Origin: an uncultured Clostridia bacterium
GTDB taxonomy: Bacteria; Bacillota; Clostridia; Oscillospirales; Ruminococcaceae
Direction: 5' to 3'
DNA: 64,000 nt
Assembly: GCA_947383835.1 (NCBI GenBank)
Contig: CANDEV010000004.1
Coordinates: 126,506-190,505 of the forward strand
Shown here one piece after another: positions 37,198 through 47,270 of the stretch (the first letter of the stretch is position 1; the number at the start of each line of letters is the position of its first letter). The position numbers and the translations under genes are program-made. The notes under the pieces are model-generated. The model searched no databases, was not told the DNA's origin, and saw only the letters and a list, made by a program, of their open reading frames with translations.

Positions 37198-38157
37198 ATG
37201 AAAAAAATTGCGTTATGTTTGGCAGCCGTTATGTCATTAATTTCTTTGACAGCCTGTTCAAATACGGCAGCAGATGAAATTTTGTCGGAGGACGAAAGTT
37301 CGGCGGCGGTCTCGGTACAGATTTCCGCATCGGAAGAAACGACTCAAAGTACGGCAAGTGAGACCGCAAGTGAGATGGAAACGGAAAGCGTTTCAGCCAC
37401 AGCCGAAAGCTCGGAAACCGCCGTACCGTCCAAGCCTTTGAACGGCTTAGAATATGTCCTCGCGGAAAGCTTTGCGCCGATATATGAAAAAGCGGACTTT
37501 AGGGAGGATTTCCCGGACGGCGTTCCGACTACATATGAGGAATTGCTGGATTTTTTTCCTTCTTATAGTAACGTAAGCTTTCTCGAGTACGAAATTATCT
37601 CCCAGTACACTTCAGAAGAAGCGGTTGAGAAAACAGGGGACGAAGTTTTCAATCGCAGCGCAACGCTGTATCAAGCGCATATTTATTACGATCACCTACA
37701 CGATATGCCCGTTGATATGACTGTCGATTTGGCTAAAGCTGGAGTTCCCGGCAACCAGTTAGAGAACAACCCACCTTACGTAATCGGACAGAAATTGATT
37801 TCCGATTTGTCGGGCTTCGACAGTACAAGCTGTGTTGCCGTTCCCGAGCTTGTGTATTTTGTGTACGAAGTAAACGGCGTTGATTTGGCTTATCACGTTG
37901 ACCATGAAAGAATTGCCATTGAAAGCGAGGATTTCCCAAATCTCGATATTGAAATGGCGGAAAGTGAACTCTTTTTGGTAACGACTACCGCAAACAATCC
38001 CGTTAAATTTACGCAGAAGTCAACTGTTGAAGACTTAACAGCTTTTATAAGGCAGGATTGGGAAAAGCGCGGCTATGAATTTTTTGATGCGGCAAATTTT
38101 GACTATGAGGGTCGTACAGTACTCGATCCCAATGAGGACGTACCTGTAATAGAGTAA
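37198..38157 (+). CDS. Hypothetical lipoprotein
   Basis: Lipobox LTAC and an S/E/T-rich linker. No motif recognised. Confidence 0.65.
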   Translation: MKKIALCLAAVMSLISLTACSNTAADEILSEDESSAAVSVQISASEETTQSTASETASEMETESVSATAESSETAVPSKPLNGLEYVLAESFAPIYEKADFREDFPDGVPTTYEELLDFFPSYSNVSFLEYEIISQYTSEEAVEKTGDEVFNRSATLYQAHIYYDHLHDMPVDMTVDLAKAGVPGNQLENNPPYVIGQKLISDLSGFDSTSCVAVPELVYFVYEVNGVDLAYHVDHERIAIESEDFPNLDIEMAESELFLVTTTANNPVKFTQKSTVEDLTAFIRQDWEKRGYEFFDAANFDYEGRTVLDPNEDVPVIE

Positions 38158-38246
38158 ATTGCTCTAAAAATCCAAATAATTCAATAAATTCCCAGTAATA
38201 ACCCCCGCCATATGCTGCATAAAATAACAGCAAGGCGGGTGTTTTT

Positions 38247-39350
38247 ATGGATAAAAAAACGGTAAGAACTATAATTATTGCAATATTTTTGGCTGCGGGG
38301 ACGGTTGCCGCTATCCTTAAGCCCGAATTTTTTATGGAAATTATTTCAAGGACGTTAAAGCTGCTCATGCCGGTATTTTTGGGTCTTGCAATCGCGTTCG
38401 TTATGAATATGCCCGTTTGCCGCTTTCAAAAGCTTTTTTCGGGAAAATTCAGGGACTGCGGGCGGTGCGTGACAATATTATCCGTGGCGGCGTCCTACCT
38501 GCTGCTCGTTGCCCTTGTGACGGGCATTGTCTGGATAATTATACCGCAGCTTGCCGCCAGCGTGAAGCTTTTTATCAGCAACGCCGACTATTATTACAGC
38601 AATTTCATTGGCTACTGCGACGCATTGGAAAAGCGGGACACGCTGGGTATCTTTTCCTCTCTGAAATCCGCCGTAACAAGCCTTGGGGAACGTCTCCCCG
38701 CCATTTTGGGGACAACCTATGCAAAAACCTCCGACATTATCGGAGGCGCTGCGGACTTGCTTATCGGGTTTGTGATTTCCATATATATCCTTATTGACAA
38801 AGAGAATATACGAAAAGCGGTCTCCGCCGCCGCAAAACACGTTGCGGGGGAGAGGTACGAAAAGCTCCGCAGCGGATACAGACTTGTTTTCAGCACGTTC
38901 AGCCGCTTCGTCAGCGGTCAGATAACCGAAGCGGTCATTCTTGGGGTACTCTGCTTTATCGGCATGAAACTGTTTCGCTTCGAGTACGCCCTGCTTATAA
39001 GCACGATGATCGGCATAACCGCGCTTGTCCCTGTGGTTGGGGCGATAATAGGGACTGTACCCTCGGCGTTCCTGCTGTTGCTGATAAAACCGATAAAAGC
39101 CGTGTGGTTCGTGGTTTTCATAATAGTTTTGCAGCAGCTTGAAAACAATCTTATATATCCTCGGGTGGTGGGAAAAAGCCTGGGTATCCCTCCGCTGCTT
39201 GTGCTTCTGGCGATACTTTTGGGGGCGGGAATAGGCGGCGCGGCAGGTATGCTTTTGGGAGTACCGGTGATGTCGGTTTTATATGCGGTTCTCCGTGAGA
39301 AAATATGCTGTGAGGAAGAATCGGAGGTGACTGTAAAACAAGTTCTGTAA
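38247..39350 (+). CDS. AI-2E family transporter (PerM-like)
   Basis: 367 aa polytopic protein. Conserved C-terminal block LQQLENNLIYPRVVG. Confidence 0.85.
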   Translation: MDKKTVRTIIIAIFLAAGTVAAILKPEFFMEIISRTLKLLMPVFLGLAIAFVMNMPVCRFQKLFSGKFRDCGRCVTILSVAASYLLLVALVTGIVWIIIPQLAASVKLFISNADYYYSNFIGYCDALEKRDTLGIFSSLKSAVTSLGERLPAILGTTYAKTSDIIGGAADLLIGFVISIYILIDKENIRKAVSAAAKHVAGERYEKLRSGYRLVFSTFSRFVSGQITEAVILGVLCFIGMKLFRFEYALLISTMIGITALVPVVGAIIGTVPSAFLLLLIKPIKAVWFVVFIIVLQQLENNLIYPRVVGKSLGIPPLLVLLAILLGAGIGGAAGMLLGVPVMSVLYAVLREKICCEEESEVTVKQVL

Positions 39351-39475
39351 ACAAAGTCATGACAATATTATAAGGAAAAGTTTACTGTTCAGTTTGTTAA
39401 AAAAGTCGCAGCATCTTCGTTACAGCGTACATGAAAATTAAATCATAACGGGGACTTTGACGATAATTTCCAACT

Positions 39476-39509
39476 AAAAAAGCCGAGGCATACCAGCCTC
39501 GGCTTTTGC
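39476..39509. terminator. Bidirectional rho-independent terminator
   Basis: AAAAAGCCGAGGC-loop-GCCTCGGCTTTT. Confidence 0.85.
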
Positions 39510-39512
39510 ATT

Positions 39513-40856
39513 TTATTTTCTGCGGTCAATTCCCGACCGACGGTAATACTCGCTTTTTTCTTCGTACATAAGCCGCTCCGCGCTTTGCATAAGGGACTGG
39601 ATACTTTTATCTCCGCCCTTGCCCCAAGCCGCTCCGACAGCCATTACTACGGCGTTTTCGGTTTGCGCGCCCAGCATATTCCTAAGCTGTTCGACACGTT
39701 CGTCAAGTTCGCTTTCGGGAATGTTTCGGCACAGTGCAAGAAGCTCGTCGCCTCCAACTCGGAATAAGCCGTACTCTCTGAAAGCGGCTTTAAGCATATA
39801 GGCTGCACGGCATATAAGCTCGTCGCCTTTTTTATGACCGTATGTATCGTTGGCTCGTTTAAGTCCTGTAATGTCACAATATACCACTCCGATATTTTCC
39901 GTTTCGGCAACACCGGAAATGTAATCGTCCATAGCATATCTGTTCCCAAGACCGGTCAGCCTGTCGGTATGGCTCATGTCCCGCAGCTCGTTCATCATGT
40001 CCCGCCTTTTTATTGTCGAGCTGATAAAATATCCTACTATCTGAAGCATATTAAGCGCATAATTCATGTGCTGCTTTGGCGGATTGTCAATACCGTAAAA
40101 GCCTGTAACTTTATTATCGTTGAAAAGCGGTACAACCACTATCGAGTGTATATTCTGCCTTTTCAGATTTTCGTATTGGAGCGGATCGCTGTAACGAATT
40201 TCCTCCAGATCCTCTATAACGATATTTTTATTTCTGCCGAAATTTTTATACCAGTTGGCGCAGACCTCAGGAGGAAGGTCCTGCAGATTATCCTTTTCGG
40301 AAGTAACGCCTGCCGCGGTCCATTCGTAAGTATTATCATCGTTTCCAAGCGGATTTTTTTCAAAAATATACGCTCTTTCGCCGCCCAAAGCCTTGCCTAA
40401 AAACTCCAGCATTATCTCTATAGATTTGTCCGGCACAGGCTCGCTCATGGCGAACTTTATCCCGTTGTTTACCAAAGACTCCAGATCCTCATATTCATCA
40501 AGAGTATTGTGTATCTCGTCCTCCTTCCCAACAATGATCGTTACCTCAAACCGGCATCGCCTGCCGTCAATTTCGGTTATAGTACCAAGAACAAGCACAT
40601 ACTTGCCTAACAGCGGATTAAAATACCGCCACTCGGTAAACTTTCCCTCGGTAAGTTCTCTGCCGCTGCATATCGCGCAGGGGGAACTGTTGCCGCTGAA
40701 AATCTCATAGCAATGTTTTCCTCTGACCGCATCCATAGAGGGGATACCGTACCGCTCCATAGCGGCGCGGTTCATATATACTATTTCATGGCTTTCAAAG
40801 TCCGATGCGTAAGCGATTTCCTTAATATCATCAAAAAATTCCCAAATATTGTTCAT
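39513..40856 (-). CDS. Sensor diguanylate cyclase (PAS/GAF-like N-terminus, GGDEF domain with a GGDEL variant)
   Basis: C-terminal domain DRLTGLGNRY...RVGGDELLAL. The N-terminal sensory region contains four Cys (CYEIF...CAIC). Confidence 0.8.
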   Translation of the reverse strand: MNNIWEFFDDIKEIAYASDFESHEIVYMNRAAMERYGIPSMDAVRGKHCYEIFSGNSSPCAICSGRELTEGKFTEWRYFNPLLGKYVLVLGTITEIDGRRCRFEVTIIVGKEDEIHNTLDEYEDLESLVNNGIKFAMSEPVPDKSIEIMLEFLGKALGGERAYIFEKNPLGNDDNTYEWTAAGVTSEKDNLQDLPPEVCANWYKNFGRNKNIVIEDLEEIRYSDPLQYENLKRQNIHSIVVVPLFNDNKVTGFYGIDNPPKQHMNYALNMLQIVGYFISSTIKRRDMMNELRDMSHTDRLTGLGNRYAMDDYISGVAETENIGVVYCDITGLKRANDTYGHKKGDELICRAAYMLKAAFREYGLFRVGGDELLALCRNIPESELDERVEQLRNMLGAQTENAVVMAVGAAWGKGGDKSIQSLMQSAERLMYEEKSEYYRRSGIDRRK

Positions 40857-40880
40857 ATATGTAAACCTTTCAAAATAAAA

Positions 40881-41705
40881 TCAGTATAGTCCGGCAAAGT
40901 TTTTCTCTATAAATGCTGCAACGCTGTCGGCATTGTTGACTCCTATAATACCGTCGGCAATTTTTTTCAGATCGGGAGCGGCATTTTCCACTGCGTAACA
41001 CTCGTCGGCAGCCTTGAACATGGGGATATCATTTATTCCGTCACCGAAAACAACTAACCTTTCACAGCCGCAGTATTCCTTTAGCTGTAAAACCGCGTTC
41101 GCCTTTGTTGCCGCGTTCGGCATGACTTCAAGCCACTGATCGCCGCTGTAGATGTCCCTGCTGTAAACGGTGTAGTAACGTTCTTTCAGTACATCGTAAG
41201 CTTCCGCCATACTTCCCGCCTCGTCAATGCAGGTAAAATAGAAGGGTTCGCCGTCCAACATACCTTTTTCGGAGGTCAGGGGACGGTGCCGAGGGTCTCC
41301 ACGGCGGCTGTCAAGGAAGTCCGTCATGCCGCGGGTAAGCCTTTTAGGTATGTAGGAGAATTTTTCCACGCCCTCTATGACAGAGTATACCAGAGGGGAA
41401 ATGCCGAAATCCCGCAGAGTGCGGAAAATATCCTCCGTCTGGTCAAGAGAAAAGGTGTTTTTCACAAGCTTTTCCCCGCTGACGGAATCAATGATAAACA
41501 CGCCGTTGTTCACAATTACGGGGACGGAAAAATTAAGTCCCTTTGTGACTTGTCTCGCTGTTATCAGCGACCGCGCCGTGGCGTAGGAAAATATCAAGCC
41601 CTGCTCTGTGAGCCTATTTATAATTTCACAGCTTTTATGGGAGACGACCTGACCGCTTGTCAGTAAAGTACCGTCAAGGTCTGTCACATAAAGTGTTTTC
41701 AGCAT
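40881..41705 (-). CDS. Cof-type HAD-IIB phosphatase
   Basis: Motif I VTDLDGTLL. Motif IV GDGINDIPMF. Confidence 0.88.
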   Translation of the reverse strand: MLKTLYVTDLDGTLLTSGQVVSHKSCEIINRLTEQGLIFSYATARSLITARQVTKGLNFSVPVIVNNGVFIIDSVSGEKLVKNTFSLDQTEDIFRTLRDFGISPLVYSVIEGVEKFSYIPKRLTRGMTDFLDSRRGDPRHRPLTSEKGMLDGEPFYFTCIDEAGSMAEAYDVLKERYYTVYSRDIYSGDQWLEVMPNAATKANAVLQLKEYCGCERLVVFGDGINDIPMFKAADECYAVENAAPDLKKIADGIIGVNNADSVAAFIEKNFAGLY

Positions 41706-41727
41706 AACTTACCTCTTTCACATATTC

Positions 41728-41916
41728 AGAACCAGTCTTCACAAGCGTATGCGCACGTCTTTTCGGCAGTATTTTGCCGCTGACTGCGTTAAAAATCCTT
41801 GCCATACGCGAGTATGCAAAAAGCCACAGCTTTTGCGGATTTTTGCAGGCTATTTGCCACGGCATCGACAAAATCCTACCAAAAATCCGCGCACATATCT
41901 TGTGAAGAAAGGTTCT
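41728..41916. repeat. Family B structured repeat, copy 2
   Basis: AGAACCAGTCTTCACAAG...CTTGTGAAGAAAGGTTCT. Sits between the HAD start and the HD stop. Confidence 0.85.
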
Positions 41917-41919
41917 CAA

Positions 41920-42600
41920 TTATTCTTCAACTATCCTTTCAAGCAACTCTCTGCCCTTTTTATATTCCGAACTCACTTCAGCAAGCAGACTGTTGTAAAA
42001 ATCCACAGCCGCTTTCTGCCGCTGCAGTGCAAGCTCTTTGCCGCGCTTTGTGAAAAACTTTTCGTATACATTTTCCAGCTTGAATTTATACTCACGGAAA
42101 AACGAGGGAGCGAGGTCGTTTGCGCCGTCGGAAACTGTGCCGTCCGTATTCAGACTGTAAAGCGGATCTCCCACCTGTCCCCTGTAAAACAGCGTCCTTG
42201 CAATGCCTGTCGTTCCGGTTACATCAAGCTTGTCGGCGTCGAATAAAATCTTTGCTTCAATGCTTTCGGGAGGGCAGTCGGAACGGAAACGGTGAGTTTT
42301 TACGCAGTCTTTTACCCACGCCGCACGTTCTTCGTCCCAACCGATTTTCAAAAGAAATCGGTACGCCTTTTCGCTTCCGATCTCCGCATGGCAAAGCTTC
42401 GGGTCGGCGAACTGCTCTGCCCTGCCTATGTCGTGGAGCAGACACGCCGCTGTCAGTATATCAAGGTCAACGCAGCTTTCATTCTCCGCAATATCCATTG
42501 CGCCGTAAAGTACGCGGTATACGTGCTCTCTGTCGTGAGAGCTGTCGTTCATACACTCCGCCATATAGCTTTCTATGGCATTGTAATCGCTTTTCAGCAT
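41920..42600 (-). CDS. HD-domain phosphohydrolase
   Basis: SHDREHVYRV and LLHDIGR. Start is probably the ATG at 42600 (AAAGGAA RBS); a TTG at 42627 is the alternative. Confidence 0.8.
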   Translation of the reverse strand: MLKSDYNAIESYMAECMNDSSHDREHVYRVLYGAMDIAENESCVDLDILTAACLLHDIGRAEQFADPKLCHAEIGSEKAYRFLLKIGWDEERAAWVKDCVKTHRFRSDCPPESIEAKILFDADKLDVTGTTGIARTLFYRGQVGDPLYSLNTDGTVSDGANDLAPSFFREYKFKLENVYEKFFTKRGKELALQRQKAAVDFYNSLLAEVSSEYKKGRELLERIVEE

Positions 42601-42780
42601 AATTGAGTTCCTTTCAAAATTCCCCAAAACAATAATATCCGTCCCTTGCGATATGGTCGTTATTTTGCAGGATTGATATAAATTATAAATAAGGGAGCAA
42701 TAACACTGCCACTTGATATGGGCTTAGCAGGGTAAAGGGATTCTTTTATTCAGCTTCGCGGCAAAATAAGGCTGCGAGTG

Positions 42781-43965
42781 CTACGCGTCAAGACCTTTCA
42801 TAAGTCCCTCAACGATCTCGGGGAACTCCCATGTGCAGGTTTTTCTGTTGAGCAAGCCGAAATTCTCGCCCATGCCGCTGAACGCGCCGTTATCCCACCA
42901 AACGCAGGGAATACCTGCTTCCTTTGCCTTGCTTATATAATAGGTCGCCCACTCTGCGCGAATTTCGGTGTTTGCTTTTGCACGTGCGCCGAATTCGCCG
43001 ATTATAACGGCAATATTATTGTCAGTGTACTTAGTTTTCAGCCTGTCCAACAGATCTAATATCTCGCTTGCGCTGCCCTCGTCGGGAGTAAATTCACGCT
43101 GGGTAAGGTCTCCGTCCAGAGCAAATTTATAAGGAAGATATGCGTGTACCGAAACGATTATCTTATCGTCGTTTTCGGGGAGCACAAGATCGTTCATAGC
43201 GGCAGGGGTGGAGCTTGCAGCATACGCGGGTATCATAAGATGCCGCTTTGCATTGTTGCCGCCCAGTCCCCTTATTGTCTCCACAAAAGCAGCGTTCATG
43301 TGGTTCACAACATCATGACCCTCGGCGTCGCCGCCGTTCCATTCAAGAGCGGTATTCCTCTTTCTCGGTTCGTTCAAGCCCTCGAAAATGAGCTTTTCGT
43401 CATAGCCGGCAAACCGTGTGCCTATCTGTTTCCAAAGCGCTGTAAGCTTTTCGATTGATGCTTCTTCGGTCTCATAGTACGGGTCATGCCATTCCTCGTG
43501 GTGAATATTTAAAATTACAAACATATCCTGGCTGTAGGCGTAATCCACTACCTCCTGGACGCGATCCATCCATGCTTCGTCAACGTTGTTGTTTTCGTCC
43601 ATGTGGTTGCCCCATGTGGTGGGAAATCTAATGATGTTGAAGCCTGCGTCCTTTACGGCGGTTATCATTTCCTTTGTTGTAACAGGATTGCCCCAGCTTG
43701 TTTCGCTGGTAACGTCTTTGGCGTCCGGAGCGTCAAGAGTGTTGCCGAGACTCCAGCCGATCTTTATCTCCTTAACAAGCTCGATTGAGGGCAGATCGCG
43801 TATCTCGTCGTTTACAGCGGGCGAAGCATTTACAGTTGTTGAAGCTGTTGTTCCGTCGTCGCTTTCGGGAACGTCTGAACTGTCCTTTCCGCAGGAGGAG
43901 AACGCTGTGACCATTATTGCGGCTGTGACCGCTGCCGTAACTCTCTTTAACAAACTTTTTTTCAT
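42781..43965 (-). CDS. GH5 endoglucanase (cellulase) lipoprotein
   Basis: Lipobox FSSC. Acid/base IFEGLNEPR. Nucleophile IIGEFGA. Confidence 0.9.
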   Translation of the reverse strand: MKKSLLKRVTAAVTAAIMVTAFSSCGKDSSDVPESDDGTTASTTVNASPAVNDEIRDLPSIELVKEIKIGWSLGNTLDAPDAKDVTSETSWGNPVTTKEMITAVKDAGFNIIRFPTTWGNHMDENNNVDEAWMDRVQEVVDYAYSQDMFVILNIHHEEWHDPYYETEEASIEKLTALWKQIGTRFAGYDEKLIFEGLNEPRKRNTALEWNGGDAEGHDVVNHMNAAFVETIRGLGGNNAKRHLMIPAYAASSTPAAMNDLVLPENDDKIIVSVHAYLPYKFALDGDLTQREFTPDEGSASEILDLLDRLKTKYTDNNIAVIIGEFGARAKANTEIRAEWATYYISKAKEAGIPCVWWDNGAFSGMGENFGLLNRKTCTWEFPEIVEGLMKGLDA

Positions 43966-44008
43966 TTTAAAATATCCTTTCTATAATTTATTTTGAAACA
44001 ATAGCTAA

Positions 44009-44045
44009 TACTTATTTGCTTCTGAAAGTGTGTGCAAATTAGTAT
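44009..44045. repeat. Family A mini copy (termini only)
   Basis: TACTTATTTGC-14 nt-GCAAATTAGTA. Confidence 0.6.
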
Positions 44046-44160
44046 AACTCTATATAAAAACAAAGCCGAATACAATTATACCAAAAAAGCATTCTCGTTT
44101 CAACCCTGTTTAAAAGTCATTTTCGACGTTAAACCTGCCGATTTCGTCAATGCGCCAAAA

Positions 44161-45747
44161 TTATAAATTCGACAGAATATCAGTCTGACCGCGAAGCTTT
44201 TCGGCAATTTTCCTACAGTCGCCCATGCTGCCGTTTATATCGGAAATGTCCGCAGCAAGGCTCTTTGTGCTGTTCGCAGCCTCGGATATTTCTCCCGAAC
44301 TGACTTCAAGGGAGGCTGTTATGCTTTCAATAGCCGCGGCGATATCAGAAACGGAATTTTTAAAACGTTCCGTCCTGCCGTTAAAGTCCTCAACAGCCTT
44401 TTCGACATACTCCGAATCCTCGCGGTACTGCCTGCCTGTGCCGGCAAATTCCTCAAAAGCGGCAAGAATGTCTCCGTTAAGGTAATCGAGAAGCTCCTCG
44501 GAGTGCTCCGAAAGATTGCGGACGGCTCTTGTGACAGTCTCGTTGACCTCTTGAATACGGCTTGCCGCCGCTTGACAGGAGCCTGCAAGCTGTCTTATCT
44601 CGCCTGCGACAAGAGAGAAGCCCTTGCCTGCGTTTCCTGCGTGTCTTGCCTCTATAGAAGCGTTTACCGCTATCATATTTGTTGTGGAGGCTATCTTCAC
44701 AATATCCTCCGTAAGGGCATTTACGCTGTCCACGCTCCTGCTCTCCTCAATGGCTTTGCCGAGGAGCTGTGAAATATCCGCAGCCTTTCCGCTTATTACC
44801 TTAACGCTTGCTTGGGCTGATTTTTCCATGTCCTCAGCCCTGTTCATCATTTCGGCGGAATAAAATGCGATCGCGCCGCATTTGTCAGCCATATCCTCTG
44901 CGTCGGTCTTTATGTCCGATGCGCTGCTGTTTATAAATGCCGCGCTTTCGGCGGCGTTCCTGACATTTCCCGAAAGCGTGTCCGAAAGCATGGAAAGGCT
45001 CTCTGCGCCTTTTCCGGAGTTTGCGGTGCGCTTCGATACCTCCTCCGCAACGCCGCTTATGCTGTCGGAGCTTTGCTTCAAAGCCGTCATGACCTTTGAC
45101 ATAGGGTCTATTACGTTTCTTGAAACGATCTTTGCCGCTGTGCAGGAAATAATTATACCCGCGGCTATTGCCAGAATACCTATTGCCGCCGAGACCGCAT
45201 ACACCTCGGTGAGCCGCTTTTCAGCCTCGTCTGCGCGTTCCATTATTGAGCCGTAAAGCTTGTCGATACACTCCTCAGCCGCTTTTCCGTACTCAGCCGC
45301 TTCGCCGTTTGCAATTGCGTAAGCTCTGACCGAATCTCCCTCCGCGCTTGCACACAAAATACCGATCACCGCGTTCCTGAACGAAGAATAGCTTTCAAGA
45401 AGCTTTAGGTATACATCTGCCATATCCTCGGAAACATATTCCCCGCAGGCTTCAAGATCGCTTTCAAGAGAAGCTTCTTCCGTCTTTATCCTCGAAACTA
45501 TGTCTATCATGCTTTCCGAATCCGTCGCGATTATGTGTGAAAGCGCAAGCTTGTGCATATTAAGCAGAGAGCTTTCCGTCTCCGCCAGCAGAGCTTCGCC
45601 TGTCATATAATTTCCTGTAATATCTCCCGCATTTCTGTTCACGATATAGATGCCGAAAACCGCCGTAATATTTGAGATAAGCAGCGCCGCTCCCAAAAGC
45701 AGAATGGGCAGCATGATACGTCTGCGGATACTTAGCTTTGCTTTCAT
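44161..45747 (-). CDS. Methyl-accepting chemotaxis protein
   Basis: Two TM segments flanking a helical sensor domain. Signalling hairpin NASIEARHAGNAGKGFSLVAGEIRQLA. Start at the ATG at 45747, with GGAGG 8 nt upstream. Confidence 0.9.
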   Translation of the reverse strand: MKAKLSIRRRIMLPILLLGAALLISNITAVFGIYIVNRNAGDITGNYMTGEALLAETESSLLNMHKLALSHIIATDSESMIDIVSRIKTEEASLESDLEACGEYVSEDMADVYLKLLESYSSFRNAVIGILCASAEGDSVRAYAIANGEAAEYGKAAEECIDKLYGSIMERADEAEKRLTEVYAVSAAIGILAIAAGIIISCTAAKIVSRNVIDPMSKVMTALKQSSDSISGVAEEVSKRTANSGKGAESLSMLSDTLSGNVRNAAESAAFINSSASDIKTDAEDMADKCGAIAFYSAEMMNRAEDMEKSAQASVKVISGKAADISQLLGKAIEESRSVDSVNALTEDIVKIASTTNMIAVNASIEARHAGNAGKGFSLVAGEIRQLAGSCQAAASRIQEVNETVTRAVRNLSEHSEELLDYLNGDILAAFEEFAGTGRQYREDSEYVEKAVEDFNGRTERFKNSVSDIAAAIESITASLEVSSGEISEAANSTKSLAADISDINGSMGDCRKIAEKLRGQTDILSNL

Positions 45748-45777
45748 CGGTACGTCCTCCATAAAAAAGTACAGCCT

Positions 45778-47007
45778 TTATTTTGCCGTTATTTTGTTCA
45801 CCATAACGTCCAGCATTCGCTGAAAATCTGCCCCGGGAGGGTTATCTGCATAAATGCACATTGCCACCTCCGCAGGAGGATCCCAAAATCTTTCCCCGAC
45901 CCTTTGAAGATTGGAGTACTCTGCTTGTTCCATGACCGCCGCTGCCACAGGCGAACGGCTTACGCTTTCAGCTTTTGCAGCATTTATATTGGAGGGTATC
46001 TGCCCGCGCTTTTCAAATCTCAAGGTCTGATTTTTTTCGTTTGATATCCATTCGGCAAGCCTTTCAGCCCAGTAATGCTCCTTTGAATAAGCGTTTACCC
46101 CAATAAGCTTGCTTCCCGAAAACGACGCCATCTGTACCTGTTTTCCGCCGCAGGTATAGGTGGGGAGCTTTGCAGCTCCTAAATCATCGCCCCATATCTC
46201 CGTCATCTTGTCGGAATTCCATGCTCCGCTTATTCCCGCAATAACGCTGCCGTTTTCCGCGCCGCTGATAAAGCCGACGTCATTACTGCTCAAAAAGCTT
46301 CTGTGTCCCGTAATATCAGTCATTGCTTTAAGAACGTCAACGCCCTTTATACCGTCCTCGGCGCTGTTCCATGTGCAGTAGTTTGTAATGCCGTCCTCGT
46401 TCAGCCCCACAGTCATTCCCGTGCAGCCGAAAAATGAGTACACATACCATGCGGACGACCAATCCATAGTAAAATATCTGCCCCCTCGGTCAGCAATATT
46501 AAGAATTTCGTCAAGCGTCTGAACGTTTTCAGGTGTCAGGTACGCTTTATTATAATAAAGAAAATATCCGTTATCGGAGGTGATCGGATAGGCATACAGG
46601 ATATCGTTGACAGACGCGGCTTTTACCGCCGAGGAAAGGTTTTCGGCACGAACACGATCCGCGTTTTCAATAGGCATAAGCACCCCTGCCGCAGCAAGCG
46701 CGCTGAGCTGATCGTCAGCAAAGGCGAACACGTCCGCGCCTGCTTGAGGGTCGTCAAGCAGAATGTCCTTGCAGTCCGCTTCGCTTTGCGCCTTAAAGGA
46801 AATGTTAAAATCAGCCTCAGAACCGTACTCGACCTTAAAGCCTTCGGCGATCTCCGAAATAAGCTCTTTGTCCTCCTCAGCGCTCCATACGGTAAGATTT
46901 ATCGTCTCAGATACAGTCCCGTTTACAGTGACCGCTTCATTACCGCAGCCTGAAAAGCACACGGCGGTCAATCCTGCCGAAAGCAGCGCACATAATACTT
47001 TCTTCAA
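45778..47007 (-). CDS. Sugar-binding lipoprotein (maltodextrin/oligosaccharide SBP-like), with no adjacent permeases
   Basis: Lipobox FSGC, 409 aa, SBP family 1 composition. TTG start with a GGAAAGGAAG RBS. Its stop is 30 nt upstream of the MCP start. Confidence 0.8.
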   Translation of the reverse strand: MKKVLCALLSAGLTAVCFSGCGNEAVTVNGTVSETINLTVWSAEEDKELISEIAEGFKVEYGSEADFNISFKAQSEADCKDILLDDPQAGADVFAFADDQLSALAAAGVLMPIENADRVRAENLSSAVKAASVNDILYAYPITSDNGYFLYYNKAYLTPENVQTLDEILNIADRGGRYFTMDWSSAWYVYSFFGCTGMTVGLNEDGITNYCTWNSAEDGIKGVDVLKAMTDITGHRSFLSSNDVGFISGAENGSVIAGISGAWNSDKMTEIWGDDLGAAKLPTYTCGGKQVQMASFSGSKLIGVNAYSKEHYWAERLAEWISNEKNQTLRFEKRGQIPSNINAAKAESVSRSPVAAAVMEQAEYSNLQRVGERFWDPPAEVAMCIYADNPPGADFQRMLDVMVNKITAK

Positions 47008-47171
47008 TGTAAACTTCCTTTCCGTTAAAAAGTCCTGTGCCTATACCTATTCAAGCATAATTATACCACAAAACACCATGTTTTGTCAAGCAAGCGGACC
47101 AAGCCTGCGCGGGAAAATCAATTTTTAACGTTCGGATCTAAAGCGATACTGTAAAGCGCAGCCGTACATAA

Positions 47172-47270
47172 TACTAATTTGCTTCTAAAAGCGTAGGTAA
47201 AAAATCTGCACAAAAATCATATGTGCAAATTCTTGCTTGATTTTTTACACGCTTTTTAGTCGCAAATTAT
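47172..47270. repeat. Family A palindromic repeat, copy 4
   Basis: TACTAATTTGCTTC...GTCGCAAATTAT. The right terminus is truncated where it abuts the Family C copy. Confidence 0.8.
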
